This document shows, one piece after another, positions 52,148 through 61,199 of a stretch of DNA of 64,000 nt (position 1 is its first letter; every line of letters starts with the position of its first letter). The notes beneath the pieces were generated by a model that was given only the letters and a program-made list of their open reading frames with translations, had not been told where the DNA came from and did not search any database. A program made the position numbers and the translations under genes. The DNA is from Candidatus Marinacidobacterales bacterium (GTDB lineage: Bacteria > Acidobacteriota > Vicinamibacteria > Marinacidobacterales > SMYC01): the NCBI GenBank assembly GCA_965237955.1, contig OZ250169.1, positions 1,280,001 to 1,344,000 of the forward strand. Direction: 5' to 3'.

Positions 52148-53464
52148 ATGTCACGACGGTTTCGCGCGTTCGCCCCCGCGGTTGTTTGGATCGTGCTTTC
52201 GGTAGCGGTCTGGGCGGTGTTGGCGTATTGGCTCGGCGTGGGCATCGTCGGCGAGTTGCCGGCGGTCGATCCACCGAGTGCGAGGGTCCCGCCTGCCCCT
52301 ATTGCCCAGGAGGGGTTGCCGCGTTCGGAAACGGTAGCGATCCCCGATCGACTCGGTCGCGGTGAAACACTTTCGAGTGTTCTCTCCCGTAACGGGTTCA
52401 CGGCCGCCGAGATCCACGATATTGCCCGTGCGCTCTCCGCGATCATGAACGTGCGGCATCTCCGAGCCGGCGACGAGCTCGAGATTCTGTACGATGGTGA
52501 CGGCGGCGAGCCCACGACGATCCGCCTAAACAGGCTCAACCGGGGCGATTTGCGACGCGTCGAGCTCACCCGCTCCGAGCTCGGTTGGCAGTCGCTCTCG
52601 GAAGAAATCGAGCTCACGCGGCGCACGGTCTCGTTGAGTGGGACTCTCGAAGGGAATCTCTTCGCGAGCATGAGCCGGCTGGGCGAGGGCGCACTGCTTA
52701 CGGTTGCGTTCGCGAACGTGTTCGCGTGGGATTTCGACTTCTACACGGAGAGCCGGGAAGGAGACCGCTTCTCTTTGGTCGTTGAGAAACTCTACCGCGA
52801 GGGCGAGTTCGTCGGCTACGGCGATCTACGGGCCGCGCGCTACCTATCGTATCGTTCACGTCAGGCAGGCGAGCGAGTCTTCAGTGCATTCTTGTACGAA
52901 GACCCGTCGGGCACGCGCGATTACTACAACTCCGAAGGCAAGTCGATGCGAAAGGCTTTTCTGAGGGCGCCTGTGGATTTCGAGCGCATCAGCTCCGGGT
53001 TTTCGTACTCGCGACTGCATCCGATCCACAATCGACGCATGCCGCATCTCGGAGTGGACTACGCCGCGCGGACGGGAACACCGGTTTACTCGGTGGCGGC
53101 GGGTGTGGTGACCGGACGGGCATTCACCAAAGGCGGTGGGAATACCGTGACCGTGCGCCATGCGATGGGCTACACGACCAAGTATCTCCACTTGTCGCGA
53201 TTCGCCAAGGGCCTCGGCGTCGGGCGACGCGTCGAGCAGAAAGAAGTGATCGGCTATGTCGGGATGACTGGCTCCGCCACCGGACCGCATCTCGACTTTC
53301 GTCTCATCCACTACGGCAAGGCAGTCAATCCGGTGACGCAAATCTTTCCACCCGGTCCGCCGGTGGCAGACGAGTACTTCTCGGATTTCGAGGAGCGGCG
53401 CGCTCGCCTGGCGAAGCAACTCGACTCGCCGCGGGAGATCACCGCGATCGCGGACGATTCCTAG
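52148..53464 (+). CDS. M23 peptidase (MepM-like)
   Basis: TM anchor, OapA-like region, HLGVDY, YLHL, TGPHLD. Confidence 0.9.
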   Translation: MSRRFRAFAPAVVWIVLSVAVWAVLAYWLGVGIVGELPAVDPPSARVPPAPIAQEGLPRSETVAIPDRLGRGETLSSVLSRNGFTAAEIHDIARALSAIMNVRHLRAGDELEILYDGDGGEPTTIRLNRLNRGDLRRVELTRSELGWQSLSEEIELTRRTVSLSGTLEGNLFASMSRLGEGALLTVAFANVFAWDFDFYTESREGDRFSLVVEKLYREGEFVGYGDLRAARYLSYRSRQAGERVFSAFLYEDPSGTRDYYNSEGKSMRKAFLRAPVDFERISSGFSYSRLHPIHNRRMPHLGVDYAARTGTPVYSVAAGVVTGRAFTKGGGNTVTVRHAMGYTTKYLHLSRFAKGLGVGRRVEQKEVIGYVGMTGSATGPHLDFRLIHYGKAVNPVTQIFPPGPPVADEYFSDFEERRARLAKQLDSPREITAIADDS

Positions 53465-53619
53465 CGTTCTACGTCGCTGGAGCATCCAGCATCCAGCATT
53501 CAGTTCATTTCGCGAACGTAGCCCTCGGCGACGTCCCTGCCGCGGCGCAGGAGGTTGCTGTCAGGTAGCGCGGTCCGAAGGTGACGCCGTGCCACGTCGT
53601 CGAACGATGCGACCGAAAA

Positions 53620-54008
53620 GCAAAGTTGGCGAGGTGAACCGAATGCCGACACGGTGTGCACCATGTTGCCCAGACGTTCACGAGCACGACTTTGCCCTTA
53701 TGGTCTTTTAGCCGGTGCGAGTTGCCGTTGATGTCGACGGTATCGAACGGCGGAGCAACGACTCCGCTGAGCGCGAGGTTTCCGGCCTGCCGGACGCGAT
53801 CGTCATGCCTTTGACGGGAAGCCATGCGAGCGCCAGCGAGAGCACCGCAAGGAGACCGATTTTCCCGGACGCGGTGGACGCGCTCCGGCGACGCTCGCTC
53901 ATCGCGAGGAGTAGCGTGACCACGAACGGCACCGCCGCTAAGATCGGGGAAAAAACACCGGCGATCAGGATTCGATGAGTCGATAGCTTGACCATAACGG
54001 CCCAGCAT
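53620..54008 (-). pseudogene. TlpA-like thioredoxin fragment with membrane N-terminus
   Basis: GKVVLVNVWATWCTPCR then loss of similarity; N-terminal TM segments in other frames. Confidence 0.7.
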
Positions 54009-54038
54009 AGACGAGAAGGGAAGCGCGCGAAAGGTGAG

Positions 54039-55313
54039 CTATTGCGCCGGTGGGCGATAGCGCTCGAGGTCGGCTTCCCAGGCGGTTTGGAACTCTTGGT
54101 AGTCGAGGCCGACGACGGTTTTGAGGGCTTCGTTCATCGTTTGCTTGCGCGACAACAGCCGAAGGATCTTGACGAGCGCGTCTCTCCCGCGTCTAGCGGT
54201 GACGTACTCGGTCGCGGCGAGTCCTTCGGCGTATACGAGAACGGCTTTGTCCTTGGGGTAGTTGACGATAGGCCCCTCGAGACTCCATAGCGGGAGGATT
54301 CTCGATTCCGCTCGTGCTGCTCGAAGCGTCGGGTAGGGGTCGAATCTCTCGCTGCCTTCCCGCAATTGGGCGATGCCTTCGTGAAACCACGTGGGGCAAT
54401 TGCCGCCGGTGAACGCGTTGATGAAACTATGGGTCAGCTCGTGACGAACGATGCGCCGGAGCTCGGGAGTCAACTCGGTGACCCCCTCCACGGGAATGCG
54501 GATCTCGCCGTCGTTCAGTCCGGACGCCCACGACGGCGCGTGGGTCACGTCCCGAAACTCGCGATCGGTGTAGAGTGTGATGCGGATGGGCTCGTCCGGC
54601 GAAAAGCGAAAATCGCGTTGGAGCGCGTAGTACTCGTCGTCGAGCGCCGACGCTACGACACGGCCGATGGTCTCGTTGACGCGTCCGTCGTAGCGGATCA
54701 CGAAGTTGAGCTGGCTCACTTCGTCGAAATTGATGTCGTCGTCGTTCTCGCGCAGAGCTTGTTTCAGTTTGTAGAGAAGCCCGGGCGAGGGATCGGACGC
54801 GAGCGCGAGCTGCCACTCCCGAATCGCGAGGCCGCTCCGCCCGCGGCGGTAGTAGACGTCGCCCAGCCGCTCACGGATCAATAGGTTGTCGGGATCGAGG
54901 CGTTTTGCTTGCTCGAGCTCGGACTGCGCCGCGCGCAAATCGCCGCGTGCGAAGTAGAGCTCGGCAAGCTCGAGGCGCGGCTCCAACTCGTCCGGAGCTT
55001 TTTGAATCGCCTTCTGGTAGAGACGGGTTGCTCGATCGGTGTCTCCGCTTCGTACCGATTGGCGTGCCTCGGACACGGTTTCGTCTGCGATCTCGTTGCG
55101 GAAGCCGCCGTGCTCTTCCTCTTCGGCGTCGGCGAGCTTGGGAATCGCTCGATCGACCCGCTCGAGAAGGGATCGCGGAAACCCGAACGTGCCGCCGTTC
55201 TTTACGTAGAGGATCTGCTCGCCCTCTTCCCAATAGCGATCGACGACGATGGTGCGGCCGTTGGTCAGAAAAAGAACCTCGCGTGCGCTCGCCCAAGCGC
55301 TTGATGCGAGCAC
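54039..55313 (-). CDS. TPR + peptidase MA-like metallopeptidase (true start probably ~55355)
   Basis: TPR repeats; HELTH…PTWFHEGIA zinc motif. Confidence 0.85.
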   Translation of the reverse strand: MLASSAWASAREVLFLTNGRTIVVDRYWEEGEQILYVKNGGTFGFPRSLLERVDRAIPKLADAEEEEHGGFRNEIADETVSEARQSVRSGDTDRATRLYQKAIQKAPDELEPRLELAELYFARGDLRAAQSELEQAKRLDPDNLLIRERLGDVYYRRGRSGLAIREWQLALASDPSPGLLYKLKQALRENDDDINFDEVSQLNFVIRYDGRVNETIGRVVASALDDEYYALQRDFRFSPDEPIRITLYTDREFRDVTHAPSWASGLNDGEIRIPVEGVTELTPELRRIVRHELTHSFINAFTGGNCPTWFHEGIAQLREGSERFDPYPTLRAARAESRILPLWSLEGPIVNYPKDKAVLVYAEGLAATEYVTARRGRDALVKILRLLSRKQTMNEALKTVVGLDYQEFQTAWEADLERYRPPAQ

Positions 55314-55378
55314 ACAAGCACGGTAAAGAGTCGGAGGCGAGAGGCGCGGGTCATCACCAAGTGGGCCAGATGAGTCGG

Positions 55379-57310
55379 TCAGCGCAGGACGCTGGCAACG
55401 GGTACAGCAGCGGCGTCTCCGGCGCGGATGTCATTCGGCACCGAGCCCATACCTTGCTCGGCGGCTTGCCGTGTGTCGAACGTGCCCCAGACGACGCGGA
55501 AACATGGTCGACCTTGTATCGTGGTCGGGAGCACGTAGAGTTGCTCGGAGCCGCGCGCGTTCGAAACGACCCGCCCGACGTTGTCCTCGTCGCAGTAAAG
55601 TCCGACCGCGACGGTGAATTTATTCCGTCCCGAAGATCGGAGCTCTCGCAAGAACGCGTCGGCGGCACCCGAAATGTCGCCGCCCGCGAGAAGCCGGCGT
55701 CCGTTGCCGCCGCCCGTACCGCCGGAGCCTGTACCTGTTGACCCGCTCGGGCTCGGCGATGGTCGCCGCGGCGCCGGTGTCGGCCCGGGTCGTCTTGTCG
55801 CGGACGTGGTGGCCGGTGGCGGTGCCGGTGTTGGTGTTGGTCCCGGCTGTGCGCCCGGCGTCGGAGCTGGGCGCGGCGTTGGCTGCGCCGGCGCGGGGCG
55901 AGGGCCGGTAGAAGCGCCGGTCGCCCGCGGGTCGGTGCTCGCCGGCGGGGTATTCGTGTCGGGTGCGTCGGGCGATGAGGATGAGACCGCCGGCGGCGTC
56001 GGCGTCGGGCTTGGTGGTGTCGGCGTCGCCGAAGCAGTCGCTGTCGGTGGCGTGTCGCCCTCCTCGCCTTCTCCCGCGAACATGGGCCAGACAAAATAGT
56101 ACACGCTGAACGCCGCAGCTGCGGCGACAACGATCACGCCGGCAATTTTCAAGATACCCATTAGGTTACCAGACGAAGCGCCGCCGCGTCTGCCTTTTGG
56201 TCTCGGAGGCATCCGCGTGGAAGAGATGTCCGGCTCGGGCTCGTCGATGAGAAGCTCCGACGCAGTCGCGTTGGGCGCGCCGAAGTTCATGCTTGGCGGC
56301 TCTTCCGGCATCGACGTTGGTACGGGCTCGGTTGGGAGCCCGCTCGGGATGCCGGGTGCGGCCTCGAAGACCGTCTTTTCCGTCTCTTCCGGTTCGGGTG
56401 GAGCTTCGAACACCGTGTCGTCCGTAGGCGCGTGGAAGGCGTCATCACTTGCCGGTGAGGGAGGCGGGTTGGTTTCGAGACCCACCGTTTCCCCTCCGCC
56501 GAAGGGAACCTCGGCCGAGCTCGGAGCGGGATCGAACGTCGGCGGCTCCGACGGAATCGAGAACGCGTCGTCGGGCGCGGCGACCGGCCCGGGGACTACC
56601 GCGTCCCCGGCTTTCGTCAGCGCGCCCGCGACCAGTCCGGCCGCCAAAACCTTGCAGACTTCGAACTCGCCTAAACTCGAAAGCGCACCGATTTGGGTAA
56701 CACTCTTGACTCCATCCGCCTGTCGAAGAACTTCGGATGCCTGATCGTCTGCCTTGGTCTCGCGAATGAAGTCGTCGAGCGTGGGGCCGGCCGCGAGGAC
56801 GGCGTCGAGTGAGCCGAGCTCCCGCAGGATCCAGTCTCGATCTTGGATGCGGCCGATGCTGGCGTAGATGAGCTGGGGCGTGGATAGATCGAGATCGATG
56901 GTGCCTTTCGGGAGCGACTTCGTCGCGAATTGAAACGTGCCTTCCGTCCAAGTGTAGAGGTCGGTGAGAATCTTCTCGACCTTGATACGTGCAGCATCGG
57001 CGAGCTCGCGCTGAGAGATGTAGCCGAGCTCGGTCAGAACTTTCGCGAGTGGGTTTCCCGCCGAGACGCGCGCTTGCGCGACTTGCATCTGGTCCGGTCC
57101 GAGCTTTCCTTCCTCGACAAGGATAGAGGCGAGCTGATCCTTGGGATCGTTGGACGCGGCGAACAGAATCTGACCGTCGCGAAAGTAAACGGCTTTTTGG
57201 AGAGGAGCCCGCTCGAGCTTCAGGGAGCCGGTGACCGCGCCTCGGTACAGCTCAATGATGAGAGCGAGAGTTGGTTTTTGACTTAGGCTCCCGCTTTCCT
57301 TGTCTTCCAT
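55379..57310 (-). CDS. DUF4388 - TM - Pro-rich - SPOR-like protein
   Basis: TGSL.L…VYFRDG…LYTWTEGTF.F; TM segment; PT-rich linker; FTVAVG…FRVVWGTF..R..A. Confidence 0.82.
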   Translation of the reverse strand: MEDKESGSLSQKPTLALIIELYRGAVTGSLKLERAPLQKAVYFRDGQILFAASNDPKDQLASILVEEGKLGPDQMQVAQARVSAGNPLAKVLTELGYISQRELADAARIKVEKILTDLYTWTEGTFQFATKSLPKGTIDLDLSTPQLIYASIGRIQDRDWILRELGSLDAVLAAGPTLDDFIRETKADDQASEVLRQADGVKSVTQIGALSSLGEFEVCKVLAAGLVAGALTKAGDAVVPGPVAAPDDAFSIPSEPPTFDPAPSSAEVPFGGGETVGLETNPPPSPASDDAFHAPTDDTVFEAPPEPEETEKTVFEAAPGIPSGLPTEPVPTSMPEEPPSMNFGAPNATASELLIDEPEPDISSTRMPPRPKGRRGGASSGNLMGILKIAGVIVVAAAAAFSVYYFVWPMFAGEGEEGDTPPTATASATPTPPSPTPTPPAVSSSSPDAPDTNTPPASTDPRATGASTGPRPAPAQPTPRPAPTPGAQPGPTPTPAPPPATTSATRRPGPTPAPRRPSPSPSGSTGTGSGGTGGGNGRRLLAGGDISGAADAFLRELRSSGRNKFTVAVGLYCDEDNVGRVVSNARGSEQLYVLPTTIQGRPCFRVVWGTFDTRQAAEQGMGSVPNDIRAGDAAAVPVASVLR

Positions 57311-57489
57311 GGGCTAACCAAGAGAACGATTGCTTCCGATCCAAGCTCGAATCTTCGTTTCAGGGGCACAAGTAGGACGGAAAAACCTCAACCACAACTT
57401 GAAATCGTAGCATAAAACCCCGCGTTCAAGCTAGCTGTTCACCTTTCCAGAGCTCATACCCCTAGATGATGTCCGGGTTACAGGAGGCT

Positions 57490-57573
57490 GTCAACTGTCG
57501 TTGACGGTTCTATCCCGTTGCGTTCGTGGAGCTTTGACAGGATCCGTAGTTTTGGGTGTCAACCCGCGTTGAC
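57490..57573. promoter_or_regulatory. Two palindromes GTCAAC-N4-GTTGAC (putative enhancer-binding-protein sites)
   Basis: At 57490-57505 and 57558-57573, ~100-180 bp upstream of a sigma54 promoter. Confidence 0.65.
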
Positions 57574-57670
57574 GCTTCGACGTCTTCCTCGGGGCAAGGC
57601 TCATCGAGTGCACCATCCGAACTCGTTGTCCTGAATGAGCTTAACGGCGCTCGCTGCCGTCGCATGCTTT

Positions 57671-57685
57671 TGGCGCGCTCCTTGC
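57671..57685 (+). promoter_or_regulatory. sigma54 -24/-12 promoter
   Basis: TGGCGC-GCTCC-TTGC, near consensus TGGCAC-N5-TTGC. Confidence 0.75.
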
Positions 57686-57829
57686 CTTTAGGTCATCCCA
57701 ACGAACGTTAGTGAAAGGAGGTTGGGTCGAGGGTCGAGGGATGACACGAACTTTGGTTTGACAAAGGAACGACGCCCGCGGCGAGCCGACGCTCGTCGCG
57801 GGGGCTCGGAATTCAGAAAGGAGAACAAA

Positions 57830-58132
57830 GTGAAATCGAAATTGATCGCAGTGGTGACATCCGTTGCTTTGGCGCTACCGCTCTTGGCGGGGGCGGCCGT
57901 GGCCCAGGACGACGAGCTGAAAGTGGATCTGAATCGCGCGGGGATCGAGGAGCTCGTGAAGCTTCCCGGAGTCGGAGAGATAGTGGCGCAACGTATCGTG
58001 AACTATCGCGAAGAGAACGGCGCGTTCCAAGCGACTGAAGAGCTCATGAACGTCCGTGGGATCGGTGAAAAGACCTATCTCAAGCTCGAGCCTTACTTGA
58101 CGGTGTCAGAGGAGACGCGGGAGAAGCAATGA
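57830..58132 (+). CDS. comEA: ComEA-like helix-hairpin-helix DNA-binding protein
   Basis: AAGGAG RBS, signal peptide, VDLNRA..EEL..LPGVG…A.RI..YR…L..VRGIG. Confidence 0.9.
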   Translation: MKSKLIAVVTSVALALPLLAGAAVAQDDELKVDLNRAGIEELVKLPGVGEIVAQRIVNYREENGAFQATEELMNVRGIGEKTYLKLEPYLTVSEETREKQ

Positions 58133-58758
58133 TACCGGCGGCAGGCGCGGTCCAACAGGGACCGTCGTCGGGTCGGCGCGGCTCGGACCGCGCCGGCCCC
58201 CGCACGCACCGAGGGCACAGCTTGGCGGAGCTCATGCTCGTGCTCGTCGTGTTTACGACGCTCGCGGCGGCAGCGCTACCGCGCATTGCCGCGACCGTTC
58301 ACGAGCACCGTTTAAGGGGAGCGGCGTTTCATCTACGTGGACTTCTTCGTCAGACGCGATCGCGAGCGGTGGCCGAGGCGCGCTATGTCGCTGTCGTGTT
58401 CGAGGAAGTTGACGGCGATCCGGTGTTTCTGGTCTACGGCGATGGTAACGGTAACGGAATCCGTCGGCGGGACATCCGGAGCGGTGCGGAGGAGCGACTC
58501 CGAGAACCGTACCGGCTGAGCGAGACGTTTCCCGGTGTTCGCTATGGGAGCCTGCCCGCAGGTGCGGATGCGCCGTTTTTCCCGGGGCTTCGCATCGGAC
58601 GCAGCAAGATTGTCTCGTTCTCGCCGCTCGGATCGTCGACGACGGGTACGTTGTTTCTGAGCAATCAGTACGGTCTCGTCTACGCCGTGGTCGTGTTTGG
58701 CTCGACGGGCCGCGTGCGGATCGCTCGCTATCGCGGAGGTCACTGGGAGAAATTGTGA
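58129..58758 (+). CDS. GspH/FimT-like minor pilin
   Basis: Prepilin motif G|HSLAELMLVLVV; SFSPLGSSTTGT. Confidence 0.82.
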   Translation: MIPAAGAVQQGPSSGRRGSDRAGPRTHRGHSLAELMLVLVVFTTLAAAALPRIAATVHEHRLRGAAFHLRGLLRQTRSRAVAEARYVAVVFEEVDGDPVFLVYGDGNGNGIRRRDIRSGAEERLREPYRLSETFPGVRYGSLPAGADAPFFPGLRIGRSKIVSFSPLGSSTTGTLFLSNQYGLVYAVVVFGSTGRVRIARYRGGHWEKL

Positions 58759-58785
58759 CGATGCATTTCAAGAAGGAGTATCGAG

Positions 58786-59073
58786 ATGGCAGCCAAGTTT
58801 TATGAACCGAAGTACAAAGACGGAAAAATCGTAGCCTTCGCCGACATAGATCTAGCCGAGGGAATCACTATCCGAGGGTTTCGAGTCATCAACGGCGCGA
58901 ACGGTATGTTCGCCGCCGTCCCCTCGAAGCCGGTGACCGTCGACGGCCAAACACAGTACGTGAGGCAGGTCGTGTTCGACACCAACGAGCATCGAGAGGA
59001 GTTTCTGGCCAAACTGCTACACGACTACGAAGCGTGGACGCACAACCGCGCGGCGGAAGCAAACACGGCCTGA
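58786..59073 (+). CDS. spoVG: SpoVG-family nucleic-acid-binding protein
   Basis: AFADIDL…ITIRGFRVINGANGMFAAVPS. Confidence 0.8.
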   Translation: MAAKFYEPKYKDGKIVAFADIDLAEGITIRGFRVINGANGMFAAVPSKPVTVDGQTQYVRQVVFDTNEHREEFLAKLLHDYEAWTHNRAAEANTA

Positions 59074-59324
59074 GGCAGGCCGACACCAGCCTGTAGCGGA
59101 CCCTAAAAAGTCGCCAGCAGCTGGGCTCCAGACAGAGCAACTTGGATGTCGAACGCTCTTGAGCAAAATTGTGACGACGAGTTGAAACGGACTTCAAGCT
59201 CCGTGGAGAGATTTTTGGCATTGAGGTCATCGCCGTCGGAAAGGCCATTCGTATTCTCTCCACGCTGCAGAAAGCATGCGGGAAGCCAAACTCAGCACCC
59301 TCGTCAGTTGAACAGCCTGAGGAC

Positions 59325-60920
59325 CTACATCCGCCACCGCAAAAACTCGTCCAGCGACGTAACTCCGGCGGTGACTTCTTTGAGGCACCTCTCCCGCAAC
59401 GTCTCCATGCCGGCGTTGCGTGCGGACGATTCGATCTCGGCGAGGGTGGGCTGGTCGGTGAGCTTCTTGCGGAGATATTCGTCCACGGTGATGAGCTCGA
59501 ACAGGCCTTTGCGCCGGCGGTACCCGAGTCGATTGCAGTCAGAGCATCCGCGTCCTTTGAACAAACGCAGCGTCTTGGCCTCGTTCAGGCTGATGCCGTA
59601 GTTCCCGAGCTTCTCTGGATCCGCTTGCGAGCCGTCGTCGCGGCAATGGGGGCAAATCCGTCGAACGAGACGTTGGTTCATGACGAGAGAAAGTCCTCTC
59701 GACAGAAGCGATGGCTGTGCGCCCAGCTCCAGGAAGCGGTAGATGGATTCGGCCGCGCCGAACGCGGGGAACGTCGTGACCACCAGAAGCGTGGTTGAGA
59801 GCTGACACGCGAGGTTGGCCGTCACACGATCGTTGAGCTCGAGCAGAAACACGACATCGGGTTTGACGGCCGCGACCGAACGCAGGGCGGCTGCGAAACC
59901 GAGTCCTTTGTCCTGGTTGACTTCCATTTGGTGCACGTACGGAACTTCCCACTGGATCGATCGCTCGATGCTGACGACCTTCCGCTCGGATTTGGTTACT
60001 TGATCCATGAGCGAGTACGACGTCGTCATCGCACCGTTGTACGGAGGCGACGTCACCATGATCAGTCCCGACGGAGCGTCGAGAGCCCGGACGAGGAAGA
60101 GCTGGTCCGCCGGCGTGAGCCCGAGCGCGGTGAAGTTCTTGAGGAAGAAGCGGCGATCGACGAGCTTGATGGTGACGCTCGTACCGAGGCGTGTCGGTAG
60201 CGTGTGGACGAGGAGATCGAAATCGTGCCGTTCGAGCTCGAGGTGAGCTCGACCTCGTTGCGGTAGTTCTTTGCGCGCCGCGTCGAGTCCAAAGAGCTCA
60301 TGGATACGAGCGAGCATCGGAACGAGCGCGTTAATCCGAAGTAGCTTGATCTTGTAGAAGAGTCCGTCGATGCGAAGCTTGATGGCGAGCTCGGTATCCG
60401 TGGGCTCGAGATGGATGTCGGATGCGCCCTTGCGCGCCGCGAGGCCGAGGAGGTGTTCGAGAATTTCGCTCGGGTTGGTGCTGGTCGAGGGCGCGGGCGT
60501 AACTTCGAGACCCTGGGTATCGACCAACGGCTGATATCCCTGGTATCGCAGCGCGTCATCGATGTCGTTCTGCGTCACCAGCTCTTTCTCGAGCAAAATT
60601 TTGCCGAGAAGTCCGCCGGTTCGCTCCTGCTTCTGCAGCGCCTCGAGCAGCTGCGGTGTTTTGAGTTTCTGATTGCGAATCAGAATCTCGCCGAGCCGGT
60701 CGAGGCTTCGCTCGAGCATCGAGACCTCGTCCTTCAGAGCTTGCGGGGCGCCGTCCCAGAAGGTCCGCTTGTAAGCCGCGTCGGCCGGGCAGAAGCAGCT
60801 GAGGCAGAACGGACAGAGCTTGGACGGGTGTTTGGGGTCGCAGCTGCACCAAACCGCCTCGATCGCTTCGAAATTGTTGAGGCAGTTCCAGCAACGGACG
60901 GTGTAGATTTCGGTAGCCAT
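59325..60920 (-). CDS. GspE/PilB-family protein with degenerate ATPase motifs, MshEN-like repeats and N-terminal Cys cluster
   Basis: ASDIHLEP, RIDG, LPQRG, QRLVRRICPHC…GRGC..C…GY, but Walker A reads SPPYNGAMTT. Confidence 0.9.
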   Translation of the reverse strand: MATEIYTVRCWNCLNNFEAIEAVWCSCDPKHPSKLCPFCLSCFCPADAAYKRTFWDGAPQALKDEVSMLERSLDRLGEILIRNQKLKTPQLLEALQKQERTGGLLGKILLEKELVTQNDIDDALRYQGYQPLVDTQGLEVTPAPSTSTNPSEILEHLLGLAARKGASDIHLEPTDTELAIKLRIDGLFYKIKLLRINALVPMLARIHELFGLDAARKELPQRGRAHLELERHDFDLLVHTLPTRLGTSVTIKLVDRRFFLKNFTALGLTPADQLFLVRALDAPSGLIMVTSPPYNGAMTTSYSLMDQVTKSERKVVSIERSIQWEVPYVHQMEVNQDKGLGFAAALRSVAAVKPDVVFLLELNDRVTANLACQLSTTLLVVTTFPAFGAAESIYRFLELGAQPSLLSRGLSLVMNQRLVRRICPHCRDDGSQADPEKLGNYGISLNEAKTLRLFKGRGCSDCNRLGYRRRKGLFELITVDEYLRKKLTDQPTLAEIESSARNAGMETLRERCLKEVTAGVTSLDEFLRWRM

Positions 60921-61199
60921 CTGCCTATGTGGCTCTCAAGCGCAGCGCGCTCCCCAAGCGGGGCCCGTCAGCGTCAGCGTCTCGCTTCGGTTTTCACGCG
61001 TCGGGCGCATCGGGCGCATCTAGCGCAGGCCGTCCCCCTTTCTTGTCAGCAGCCCGCCAGACCAATCGCAGTTATCTGAGTTCCGCTCAGTATAGTTTTG
61101 CAGGCCCTCCCCATCAAGCCCTAGCTTGGGCGGAGCTTCAGGCTCGGCCGGAGCGAAGATTATTGACACGATCCAGGGCCTATGGTAATTTCTGGCGCC

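Noticed and set aside
60930-61190. Glycine riboswitch upstream of gcvT
   Set aside because: No GGAGA…CCGAAG…CTCAGG aptamer pattern; the promoter appears to lie right at the gene start.
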